Below are positions 9,151 to 17,584 of a DNA stretch of 64,000 bases, in pieces. The DNA comes from an uncultured bacterium (GTDB taxonomy: Bacteria > Patescibacteriota > Microgenomatia > UBA1400 > PJMF01): the NCBI GenBank assembly GCA_903842795.1, contig CAIMNJ010000018.1, positions 3,246 through 67,245 on the forward strand, given 5' to 3'. Under the pieces are notes generated by a model, which saw nothing but the letters and a program-made list of their open reading frames with translations, was not told the DNA's origin and made no database searches. The translations under genes were made by a program, and so were the position numbers. Position 1 is the first letter of the stretch. The number at the start of each line of letters is the position of its first letter.

Positions 9151-10592
9151 AATGTTTTCTTTGGAAAAGCTTTAAAAATAACCATCGACATAAAATACAT
9201 CATAACACAAACCCAATAGGCATTTATGGCCAGAACCCAAGTTAAACCATAATGGAAGAAATGGAAAAATGCTGCACCTAAAGCTGAAATCAAAAAAGAC
9301 AATTGAGGAATAACCAAAACAATATTTTTTCTTGGTTTTAATCCTTTTGGTGTCACCTTATAAATTGGTTTTTTATAAAGAAGAGCTTTGATAAAAGCCT
9401 TAAAGTAAATAGGAAAAAGTCCAGCCCACATTTTCATTGATCCTGTACCTTTAGAAAAGCTCGAAAACATTTTTAAAGAAATATAAAAAGATGGAATTCT
9501 CAATAATAAGTACCACTCCTTACCTAAAACAATAATCGGATCGTTAGCTAACAAAGAATAAATATTCATTAAATAAATCATTGGAAAAATTAAGCCACTC
9601 ACAATATATGAATAACCAATTTCAAAATATTGCATACGTTGAGAAAAATTTAATCCCTTTCTAAAAAGTGGATTCTTATAAATTAAAAGACGTAATGTAT
9701 CTTGAGCCCATAAGCCTCGTTGTTTATAAATGGCCGCCAAATCAGTCGGAGCATCTCCGTGAGTAAAACTCTGAGAAACATAAACAGATGAATAGCCACT
9801 GCTATTTAAAACATAAGAGGTGCATAAATCTTCGACAATATTCCATTCTTGAAAACCACCAATTTTATCTAATGCTGATCTGCGATAAATTACTCCTGAA
9901 CCGCAACTAATTCCCACTCCATAACTATTTTTACCTGTTTGCATGTATTCGTAAAATAAATTTTCATGATTAAAATCATCTCTATCTACATCAAAACCCT
10001 GTCTCGTAGACACGAAGCCAAGCTTCTCGTCTTTAAAAAACCCAAGCAATTCATCTAGAATATTTGGATTGACTTGCATGTCCGCATCTAAGGTCAAAAT
10101 GAAATTGCCGTAAGCATTTTTCAGGCCGTAATTTAAATTGGCAGCTTTATAAGGCAATAATTCTCTATTTTCCCTAGAAAGATAAGTACATTCATATTTC
10201 TCAGTTAATTTTTTGACTTCTTTTCTACCACCATCATCCAAAACATAAATTCTTTTGTTTGGATAAAATATTTCAGTCGCTGATTTGAGAGTTTTTTCAA
10301 AAAGCTTAATGTCTTCATTTTTAATGGTCAAAAATATATCCACAATTGGTCTAATAGAGTGCGGACCTCCACTTAACACGTATTTTCTTTTTCTACTATT
10401 AAAAATAAAAACAAAAGTTAATAAAATTATTCCTGCTTCCAAAATTACAAATAGCGGATTTGATTTGGTAAATAAAAGCCAAATCAAATAAATAAGATTT
10501 GTGACAAATGTAATTATTGCTAAACGACGAAATGGATTCATATTGTAAACAAAATTCATTATATTGATAATTATTTGATTTATATAGTGCAA
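9147..10592 (-). CDS. Processive GT2 glycosyltransferase, cellulose synthase (BcsA)-like, without PilZ domain
   Basis: LDDG, KAANLN, LDAD, CGSG, VEDL and QRGLW (QxxRW variant), with flanking TMs. The true start may be an internal ATG near 10559. Confidence 0.85.
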   Translation of the reverse strand: MHYINQIIINIMNFVYNMNPFRRLAIITFVTNLIYLIWLLFTKSNPLFVILEAGIILLTFVFIFNSRKRKYVLSGGPHSIRPIVDIFLTIKNEDIKLFEKTLKSATEIFYPNKRIYVLDDGGRKEVKKLTEKYECTYLSRENRELLPYKAANLNYGLKNAYGNFILTLDADMQVNPNILDELLGFFKDEKLGFVSTRQGFDVDRDDFNHENLFYEYMQTGKNSYGVGISCGSGVIYRRSALDKIGGFQEWNIVEDLCTSYVLNSSGYSSVYVSQSFTHGDAPTDLAAIYKQRGLWAQDTLRLLIYKNPLFRKGLNFSQRMQYFEIGYSYIVSGLIFPMIYLMNIYSLLANDPIIVLGKEWYLLLRIPSFYISLKMFSSFSKGTGSMKMWAGLFPIYFKAFIKALLYKKPIYKVTPKGLKPRKNIVLVIPQLSFLISALGAAFFHFFHYGLTWVLAINAYWVCVMMYFMSMVIFKAFPKKTL

Positions 10593-10633
10593 TCTAGATT
10601 AGAAGCTAATAGAATAGTGTCAGAATTAATTCT

Positions 10634-12625
10634 ATGAAAAAAATTTTCCCATATTTTTTATTAGTTTTAATCATTTGCATTGCAACTTACTTTTCCAGAC
10701 ATTTTTTGCTAAATAAGCAAGATACAAATTATTTGTTGGATAGATTTGCTCATTCTCAATGGTCAATCCCCCTAAGCACTAGAAAAATTTCTGATGACCA
10801 ACTCTATTATGTTGCCGCAATAAGGCTGTCTAAAGGAGACAATCCGTTTAACATTAATCCAGAAGTTCCTCCTCTTGGAAAATATCTATATGCTCTTGGA
10901 ATAATTTATTTCAATAACCCATATATTGTTTCATTAATTTTATTTGTTATGATTATTCTTTTGACAGTTTATTTGTCTAAAATAATAACCAAAAACATTG
11001 AAATATCAATTTTAGCTGGAATACTAGTTGCATCTTCTCCCGCTTTTGCTTCTCAAATTTCAGTTACCATGCTGGAATTACCATTAACATTTTTTTTGCT
11101 ATTGCATATTTATTGTTTGTTTAAATATCAGAATACAAACAATAAATATAAAAAAAATATTTTAATGATAATTTCTGGAATTGCTTTTGGTGGATTTGCT
11201 GCCACAAAATTTCCACTTTTTGTACCGATTTTATTGGTAACAGATTTTTGGTTTTTTTATAAAAATAAAGATTTTTTAAATTTTTTCTTAATGAGTTCTA
11301 TCGCTTTTATATTTTATATGGCAAGTTATTTACAATATTTTTTATTGGGTCACTCTTTAATTGAATGGGCACGTTCAATTTATTGGACCATGAAATTCTA
11401 CGCCAACTCAAATGGTGATCACACATTTTTACAATTATTACCAACAATTTTCATTGGCCAATATTGGAATGGAAATAAAATAAAAGTTTTAGAATGGACA
11501 ATTCTCTGGCCAATAATTTTTGTTTATTTTATTTTTTCATTTTTTAAATCAAAAAAAATAAAAAATAATTTACAAAAAAAATATTTAATTGTTTTTTCAT
11601 TTTTATATTCTTTACTATTGTTATTCGTAGATTTTAGAGCCAGATATTTTTTTCCATTGATACCAATACTATCAATCATATTGATAACCATCTTTATCGA
11701 TAAAATCAAAATAAGAAAATTTGTATTATTAGCATTGCTAACAATTATTTTTGGACAATTAATAATCTTCTTCAGAACTGGACCAGAAGATACAATCTCT
11801 CAAATTAAAGAAAATTGGAATGAAAGTCATTATCAGGAAGTTTATTCATTTCTAAATCCTCAATCAGTAAAATTAAGCAGAGATGAATTCCATAAAGTTT
11901 TAAATAAAGAAATTGATCAAAATTTGATGGTCAATAGGCAGAAAATAGATATAAATTTTGAAAAAAATTCTCTGTGGAAAAATGAACTGAATGCCATTGT
12001 CACAATAAACCGTGAAACAGAATTTGGAGACATAACAAATCAATACCCAACCACATTAAAAAGAATAGAAAATAAATGGTTTTTAAACTGGCAATGGAAT
12101 TTCGTAGTTAAAGACTTTGAACCAAACTGCAATCTCTCTTTTCAATCTTCTAAAGAAAAGGGCAAATTAATTACAAACGAAAATATAATTCTTTCTCAAT
12201 TTGCAGAAGTTGAATATACTCGTTTAAATTTAACAAATTTAAAAAATACTCCAGAAAATTTTTCTGCTTTTGCAGAAGTAATCAATAATCTTTATCCTGT
12301 TGCAGAAGATATATTGCAAAATAAAACCAATGGCAGAGAATGGCTAAATTTAGAAGTTGAAAGAAAAAATATCTCAACAAAATCTTCATTAAATCCATAC
12401 ATCTCTAGTTGGTATAAACAAACCAGACAAACAACTCTAAATTTTAATAACAAACAATTAAATAAAATTCAGGAAATTGAAAAGAATTATCCAGAATTGT
12501 TTGCCAAAGCTGGTGGAAAAATTAGCGTTAGTTGTCCAGATAAAAAATATCAAATAGAAATTCCAAGCAAAAGAAAAGATGTCATTTTAAATGAAAGTTT
12601 GCTTGATATTTTAAAAACAATATAA
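10634..12625 (+). CDS. GT-C (ArnT/PMT-like) membrane glycosyltransferase with C-terminal extracytoplasmic NTF2/MecA_N-like region
   Basis: ISDDQLY and NPEVPPLGKY motifs, many TMs with ATKF, then about 280 soluble aa. Confidence 0.72.
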   Translation: MKKIFPYFLLVLIICIATYFSRHFLLNKQDTNYLLDRFAHSQWSIPLSTRKISDDQLYYVAAIRLSKGDNPFNINPEVPPLGKYLYALGIIYFNNPYIVSLILFVMIILLTVYLSKIITKNIEISILAGILVASSPAFASQISVTMLELPLTFFLLLHIYCLFKYQNTNNKYKKNILMIISGIAFGGFAATKFPLFVPILLVTDFWFFYKNKDFLNFFLMSSIAFIFYMASYLQYFLLGHSLIEWARSIYWTMKFYANSNGDHTFLQLLPTIFIGQYWNGNKIKVLEWTILWPIIFVYFIFSFFKSKKIKNNLQKKYLIVFSFLYSLLLLFVDFRARYFFPLIPILSIILITIFIDKIKIRKFVLLALLTIIFGQLIIFFRTGPEDTISQIKENWNESHYQEVYSFLNPQSVKLSRDEFHKVLNKEIDQNLMVNRQKIDINFEKNSLWKNELNAIVTINRETEFGDITNQYPTTLKRIENKWFLNWQWNFVVKDFEPNCNLSFQSSKEKGKLITNENIILSQFAEVEYTRLNLTNLKNTPENFSAFAEVINNLYPVAEDILQNKTNGREWLNLEVERKNISTKSSLNPYISSWYKQTRQTTLNFNNKQLNKIQEIEKNYPELFAKAGGKISVSCPDKKYQIEIPSKRKDVILNESLLDILKTI

Positions 12626-12634
12626 TCAAAAACT

Positions 12635-13660
12635 GTGCAAAAAATTTTTCTATCACTTTATCGAACCAATATTATCAAAGGTCTTGCCATTATTGCCGTA
12701 GTTCTACTACATGTTCTTGCCTACCCAAAGGGCATCTATCATTCTGATCAGCAAATATTTTTTATTTCGCTGGACCAATTGGCTAGATTTTGTATGCCAG
12801 CTTTTATTATGCTTTCTGGATATGGCCTAGCCTTTAAATATGAGAAAGAAAAAATCATTTACGCCGATTATCTAAAAAAAAGAATTTGGAAATTATTTCC
12901 ACTTTATGTGGTGTGGAGCATCACTTCAATTTTGATTATCAAATCTATTCCAGCCTGGTCATTTGGCAACCAACCAATTTCTTTGGTTGTGCAATTTCTT
13001 CTAGGCCAAGCAGACTATCAATTATATTTTTTGCCAGTCATTTTTCAACTCTATGCTCTTTTTCCATTACTATGGTTGCTAAGAAAAAGACCAAATTTAT
13101 TGCTACTTGGTGCAGCAACAATCCAAATCGCACTTTTCACTTTCTATGCTTCTAAAATCACTAACAGCGACCGCTTTGAATACGTCTTGTCTTTATCATG
13201 GTTACTTTACTTTGTTTTTGGTATTTACTTAAAAATTCAAGAATTACCAAAAATAATCATCAAATTAGCTTGGCCACTTAGTCTTATTTTTTTTGCAATC
13301 ATTGCTTTCGACAGCTTAAGGCAAATTAATTCTGGTATCGATCCATTGCCAGCTCTAAAATTTACAAGATTGTTAATCATTCCTTTTGGTCTGAGTTTTA
13401 ATCTTGCTTTGATCGTCACCAGAATTAATATCAATAATTTTTTCCAAAAAACTATTTTTAAATTTCTTGCTTGGTGTGGAAAGAATTCTTATCTAATTTT
13501 TCTTTCGCACACCATTGGCTTAAGAATTGCCTACGCTGTCATCACTAAACAATTACCACTTTTCACTATTGTTGGTCTTATTATTGCTTGGGTGATAATT
13601 ATTTTTATAAGCAACAAAATGCTTAGTGAGAAGAAAATAAAAGCTGTCATTAATAAGTAA
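12635..13660 (+). CDS. Acyltransferase family 3 (OafA/WecH-like O-acyltransferase)
   Basis: KGLAIIAVVLLH, RFCMPAFIMLSG, YQLYFLPVIFQLY and SYLIFLSH motifs. About 10 TMs. Confidence 0.88.
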   Translation: MQKIFLSLYRTNIIKGLAIIAVVLLHVLAYPKGIYHSDQQIFFISLDQLARFCMPAFIMLSGYGLAFKYEKEKIIYADYLKKRIWKLFPLYVVWSITSILIIKSIPAWSFGNQPISLVVQFLLGQADYQLYFLPVIFQLYALFPLLWLLRKRPNLLLLGAATIQIALFTFYASKITNSDRFEYVLSLSWLLYFVFGIYLKIQELPKIIIKLAWPLSLIFFAIIAFDSLRQINSGIDPLPALKFTRLLIIPFGLSFNLALIVTRININNFFQKTIFKFLAWCGKNSYLIFLSHTIGLRIAYAVITKQLPLFTIVGLIIAWVIIIFISNKMLSEKKIKAVINK

Positions 13661-13694
13661 TCTTTGATACAATCAGGCCTTGTTAAAATCAAAA

Positions 13695-13781
13695 GGAGGG
13701 ATCGCATAGTGGCCGAGTGCAGCGGTTTACTAAACCGCCATAGTGTAAAAACTATCCAGGGTTCGAATCCCTGTCCCTCCG
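13695..13781 (+). tRNA. tRNA-Ser with unusual anticodon ACT
   Basis: Acceptor GGAGGGA/TCCCTCC, G73, D arm GCA-TAGTGGCCGAG-TGC, anticodon arm GCGGT-TTACTAA-ACCGC (ACT at 13729-13731), variable arm ATAGT/ACTAT, T arm CAGGG-TTCGAAT-CCCTG. Upstream TGATACAAT. Confidence 0.93.
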
Positions 13782-13791
13782 CACAGTCAAT

Positions 13792-14142
13792 ATGCCAAAC
13801 CCCATTGACCTTTACATCGCTGCTTTTCCAGAAAAAACACAACTACTCTTACAAAAAGTGAGAGCCATAATTAAAGAAATCATTCCGCAAGCAGAAGAAA
13901 TCATTAGTTATGGCATTCCCACTTTTAATTTAAACAAAACACACGTTGTTCATTTCGCCGCTTTCAAAAATCACCTTGGTTTCTTCCCAACTCCTAGCGC
14001 CATTTCTGCTTTTACCAAAGAATTGGAAAATTACAAAACTTCCAAAGGCACTATTCAATTTTTATATAACCAAGAAATACCTTATGATTTAATTAAAAAA
14101 ATTGTTGCTTTTCGACTCAAAGAAGTAGAAAAATCAATTTAA
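13792..14142 (+). CDS. DUF1801/YdhG-like protein
   Basis: IDLYIAAFP, EIISYGIPTF, FKNHLGFFP and TSKGTIQF motifs. Confidence 0.88.
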   Translation: MPNPIDLYIAAFPEKTQLLLQKVRAIIKEIIPQAEEIISYGIPTFNLNKTHVVHFAAFKNHLGFFPTPSAISAFTKELENYKTSKGTIQFLYNQEIPYDLIKKIVAFRLKEVEKSI

Positions 14143-15321
14143 AAAATTTTCATAAATATTTTCCACATCCTTATCTCCGCGACCAGAAAGATTAATTACT
14201 ACTACGTCGCTAGTTTTATATTTCTTGGCATACTTCAAAATGTAAGCTATTGCATGTGCTGATTCTAATGCTGGAATAATCCCTTCAGTTCTGGCCAATT
14301 CTACAAAAGCTGCTACCGCCTCTGCATCACTTATAGCGGCCAAACTTAAACGACCAGTAGATTTAAGCATACTTAGTTCTGGCCCAACCCCAGGATAATC
14401 CAAGCCAGAAGCTGCGCTGTAAGACTCAGCAATCTCACCAGTTTTGGTCAGCAAACTCAAGGTTTTGAAACCATGTAGAATTGCTGATTGACCAAGTGCC
14501 AAAGACAACCCATGGCGTCCAGACTTTTGACCTTTGCCAGCTGGTTCAACTGCTACTAATTGCACACTTACATCTTTAATAAATTCATACATTGCGCCTA
14601 AAGCATTACTACCACCACCCACACAAGCAACCACTGCAGTTGGCAAACAATTTTCAGCTTCCTGCAATTGAGAGCGAATTTCTTGACCAATTATTTTTTG
14701 AAAATCGCGCACCATTGTCGGATAGGGGTGTGGTCCAACTACAGAACCAAGCAAATAATGAGTATTTTGATGATCACTTAGAAAACTCTGCAAGGCTACA
14801 TCTACTGCATCTTTGAGTGTTCCTTGACCTTGGGTGACTGGAATAACTTTTGCTCCCAAAATTTTCATACGATAAACGTTAGCTTTTTGATTTTTTATAT
14901 CGCGAGCTCCCATGTAAATATCGCATTGCATGCCCAAATAAGCTGCAATTGTGGCAGTGGCCACACCATGCTGACCGGCACCAGTTTCAGCAATTAGTTT
15001 GGTTTTTCCCATGTGTTTAGCCAAGAGACCCTGACCAATCACATTATTAATTTTGTGAGCCCCAGTATGATTGAGGTCTTCTCTTTTCAAATAAATTTTT
15101 GGTCCTCCAAGTTTTGTCGTTAAATTTTTGGCGAAGTAAAGCAAACTGGGACGGTTAGCATAAACTTGATAAAAATGCTTTAACTCTGCTTGGAAAGCAG
15201 GATCATTTTTTAATTTTTCATAAGTTTTTGCTAAATCAGCAACAACTTTTTCCAACTCTTTTGGCAAAAATGATCCACCAAATTCACCAAAAAAACCAGT
15301 TTTATAAATATTTTTTTTCAT
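14134..15321 (-). CDS. trpB: Tryptophan synthase beta chain (TrpB1 type), no adjacent trpA
   Basis: KREDLNHTGAHKINN (PLP Lys), AETGAGQHG, CVGGGSN, SGLDYPGVGP and NLSGRGDKD motifs. Confidence 0.97.
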   Translation of the reverse strand: MKKNIYKTGFFGEFGGSFLPKELEKVVADLAKTYEKLKNDPAFQAELKHFYQVYANRPSLLYFAKNLTTKLGGPKIYLKREDLNHTGAHKINNVIGQGLLAKHMGKTKLIAETGAGQHGVATATIAAYLGMQCDIYMGARDIKNQKANVYRMKILGAKVIPVTQGQGTLKDAVDVALQSFLSDHQNTHYLLGSVVGPHPYPTMVRDFQKIIGQEIRSQLQEAENCLPTAVVACVGGGSNALGAMYEFIKDVSVQLVAVEPAGKGQKSGRHGLSLALGQSAILHGFKTLSLLTKTGEIAESYSAASGLDYPGVGPELSMLKSTGRLSLAAISDAEAVAAFVELARTEGIIPALESAHAIAYILKYAKKYKTSDVVVINLSGRGDKDVENIYENFLN

Positions 15322-15376
15322 AAATAAAATCTTTCAAAGATAACACTCACTAAGAGTGTAATAAATAAATTAAATT

Positions 15377-15411
15377 GGAATAGAAAATATGGCTGGGGCT
15401 AACCCCACCAT
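15377..15411 (-). terminator. Terminator-like hairpin formed by the Trp-Trp-Gly-stop codons of the trpR-like gene (candidate attenuator)
   Basis: Minus strand reads ATGG-TGGGG-TTAG-CCCCA-G-CCAT followed by ATTTTCTATT. Confidence 0.6.
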
Positions 15412-15665
15412 TTTTTATGAGAAGCGTTTTGTAAAAATTTAAACTTACCAATTTTTAGTTCATGAGATCCACGACTAACTGTAGCAACACCCACATTGAG
15501 AATTTGAGCAATTTCTCTTTGTGATAAACCTTGCTTAAGTAATTTGACAATTTGCAAACGTTTATTAAGTTCTAACAATTCATCAGGCGTAAAAAGACTA
15601 AGCAAAAAATCATCAGCTTGCTGCTCAGTCTTTAAATCAGTAATAATTCTAGATAGTGTTCTCAT
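15399..15665 (-). CDS. trpR: TrpR-family (TrpR/YerC/YecD) repressor ending in KKWWG
   Basis: LFTPDEL...KRLQIVKLLKQGLSQREIAQILNVGVATVSRGSHELK resembles the E. coli TrpR HTH (SQREL...GIATITRGSNSLK). Directly upstream of trpB. Confidence 0.85.
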   Translation of the reverse strand: MRTLSRIITDLKTEQQADDFLLSLFTPDELLELNKRLQIVKLLKQGLSQREIAQILNVGVATVSRGSHELKIGKFKFLQNASHKKWWG

Positions 15666-15704
15666 GTACTAGTACAGTATACTTTAACAAATAATAAAAA
15701 ACAA
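15658..15704 (-). promoter_or_regulatory. trpR-trpB promoter with TrpR-type operator
   Basis: Minus strand TTGTTT-N17-TATACT, followed by the palindrome TGTACTAGTACA (15665-15676). GTACT-N8-AGAAC is one mismatch from the TrpR consensus GNACT-N8-AGTNC. Confidence 0.75.
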
Positions 15705-15760
15705 GCCTCAATTAAAAACTCTAGTTGCCTCTTAGACGTTTTTTGTTCATACTAGAGAAG

Positions 15761-17524
15761 ATGTCTGCCCAAGATAAATCTCATCAACACGTCAAGTTGT
15801 CTGAATTAGCTTCTACTGCCATAGCTGGCAACGACATTCTTTCTTCTTGTCTCTATGTCTCTGGAATTGCCATTTTGTTTGCTGGGGCCTGGGCACCATT
15901 TGTCTTTTTTGCCATCGTCATGGTGCTATTTTTTTATAAGCATGTTTACACAGAAGTAGTCGAAGCTCTACCCCTTAATGGCGGTGCTTACAACTGTCTA
16001 CTAAATGCCACCAGTAAATCGCCAGCTGCTATCGCCGGAGCGATGACCATCTTGTCTTATGTGGCTACCAGCGTGATTTCTGCCAAAACTGCCAGCGAAT
16101 ATCTACACACAGTAATGCACAATATTCCAGTTATTCCACTAACAGCTGGCATTATTATTTTCTTTGCCGCTCTAACTATTTCTGGAGTCAAAGATAGCGC
16201 CAAAGTAGCCAAAATAATTTTTGGCATTCACCTGCTCACTATGTTTTTATTTATTGCCTTAGGAATTATTTCTATCGTTAATAATGGCTGGGGATTAATT
16301 CCAGAAAATTTTGCTGCAACTACAAACATGTTTAGAGAACAAGGTGCTGCTAAATTATTGTTTTTCGCTTTTGCAGCTTCTTTACTTGGAGTTTCTGGAT
16401 TTGAAAGTAGCGCTAATTTTGTTGAAGAGCAACAACCTGGAGTATTTCGTAAAACCTTACGCAATATGTTAATGGGAGTTTGGTTTTTTAATCCACTGAT
16501 TACTTTCGTAGTTCTGGCCACTCTAAATTTGCCTGCTATCGCCAGTTCAAAAGATTTTGTTCTCTCAGAAGCTGCTAGTTTGCTTGGTGGTAAAGGCTTG
16601 CAATATTTAGTTGTAATTGATGCTTTCTTGGTTTTATCTGGAGCAGTCCTAGCTAGTTTTGTTGGTGCCACTGGCCTTCTTTATAGAATGACGCTTGATC
16701 ACTGTTTGCCCAGCACACTTCTCCTGCCAAAACTAAAGGCTAGAAACCAGAATGCCAATAGAATCATTATCGCCTTTGCTCTACTTTGCATTTCTATTCT
16801 TCTTATGACCAAAGGCAATCTATTATCTCTTGCTGGAGTTTACACAATTAGCTTTTTGGGAGTGATGACTTTTTTTGCCATTGGTAATTTGATCTTGCGT
16901 GAAACACGCTCTGATCTCAAAAGAACTTATCAAGGACCACTAATCTATGTCATCTTAGCAGCATTGGCAACTTTGGCCGGTATTGTTGGTAACATTTTAA
17001 TTGATCCAAAAAACTTAATGTATTTTTCAATTTATTTTGTGCCCGCAGTAATTATTACCCAAGGCATGATTTATCGCGATTATATCTTGGAAGCCATTCT
17101 TAAATATTCTAAGCGTTGGCCATGGATGCATGGAAAAATGGACAAATGGCTCAATCATGTTATTGGCCCAAGAATTATCCTGTTTGCTCATCATCCACAA
17201 AAACTTTACAAATCATTAGAATACATTCGTAAAAACGAAACTAGCCGTCGCATTACAGTGGTTTTTTGTCAGCCAGATGTAGAAGTAGCCAAAAAATGGA
17301 CCAAAACTTTTGGTGAATACGTCAATTTTTTCAAAGAAGCTGGCGTATTCAAGCAACTAAATATTGACTTGAATATTGAACCGAAATTAGCTTTTGGACC
17401 AGAAGTCGTAAAGACTTATTCAAATCGCTACCGTGTACCACACAACAATATTTTCATTGGCTCTGTCCATGAAAAACATGATTTTAGCTTTGAAGATTTG
17501 GGTGGCGTAAGAATTATTCAATAA
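15761..17524 (+). CDS. APC-family amino acid permease
   Basis: AIAGNDILSSCLY, LPLNGGAY and GVSGFESSANFVEE motifs, about 12 TMs and a soluble C-terminal domain. ATG 15761 preferred, with TTGCCT-N17-CATACT upstream. Confidence 0.88.
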   Translation: MSAQDKSHQHVKLSELASTAIAGNDILSSCLYVSGIAILFAGAWAPFVFFAIVMVLFFYKHVYTEVVEALPLNGGAYNCLLNATSKSPAAIAGAMTILSYVATSVISAKTASEYLHTVMHNIPVIPLTAGIIIFFAALTISGVKDSAKVAKIIFGIHLLTMFLFIALGIISIVNNGWGLIPENFAATTNMFREQGAAKLLFFAFAASLLGVSGFESSANFVEEQQPGVFRKTLRNMLMGVWFFNPLITFVVLATLNLPAIASSKDFVLSEAASLLGGKGLQYLVVIDAFLVLSGAVLASFVGATGLLYRMTLDHCLPSTLLLPKLKARNQNANRIIIAFALLCISILLMTKGNLLSLAGVYTISFLGVMTFFAIGNLILRETRSDLKRTYQGPLIYVILAALATLAGIVGNILIDPKNLMYFSIYFVPAVIITQGMIYRDYILEAILKYSKRWPWMHGKMDKWLNHVIGPRIILFAHHPQKLYKSLEYIRKNETSRRITVVFCQPDVEVAKKWTKTFGEYVNFFKEAGVFKQLNIDLNIEPKLAFGPEVVKTYSNRYRVPHNNIFIGSVHEKHDFSFEDLGGVRIIQ

Positions 17525-17584
17525 TTTTACTCAACTATTTTTCAGCTTTTGCTAGTAAAGTTTTTGATGTTAGAATGGTCGCTT

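Noticed and set aside
13695-13781. Full reassignment of AGA to Ser via tRNA-Ser(ACU)
   Set aside because: AGA occupies conserved Arg positions (e.g. RF2 FTRAGG), and I saw no conserved Ser positions translated as Arg.
7355-13781. Recent integrative element with attL/attR at the two tRNA-Ser genes
   Set aside because: Both tRNAs are complete and differ in the acceptor, anticodon, variable and T stems. There is no identical 3' repeat and no integrase.
13531-13861. ORFs 13531-13842 (-) and 13664-13861 (+)
   Set aside because: They overlap tRNA-Ser(ACT) and neighbouring genes, so they are translation artefacts.
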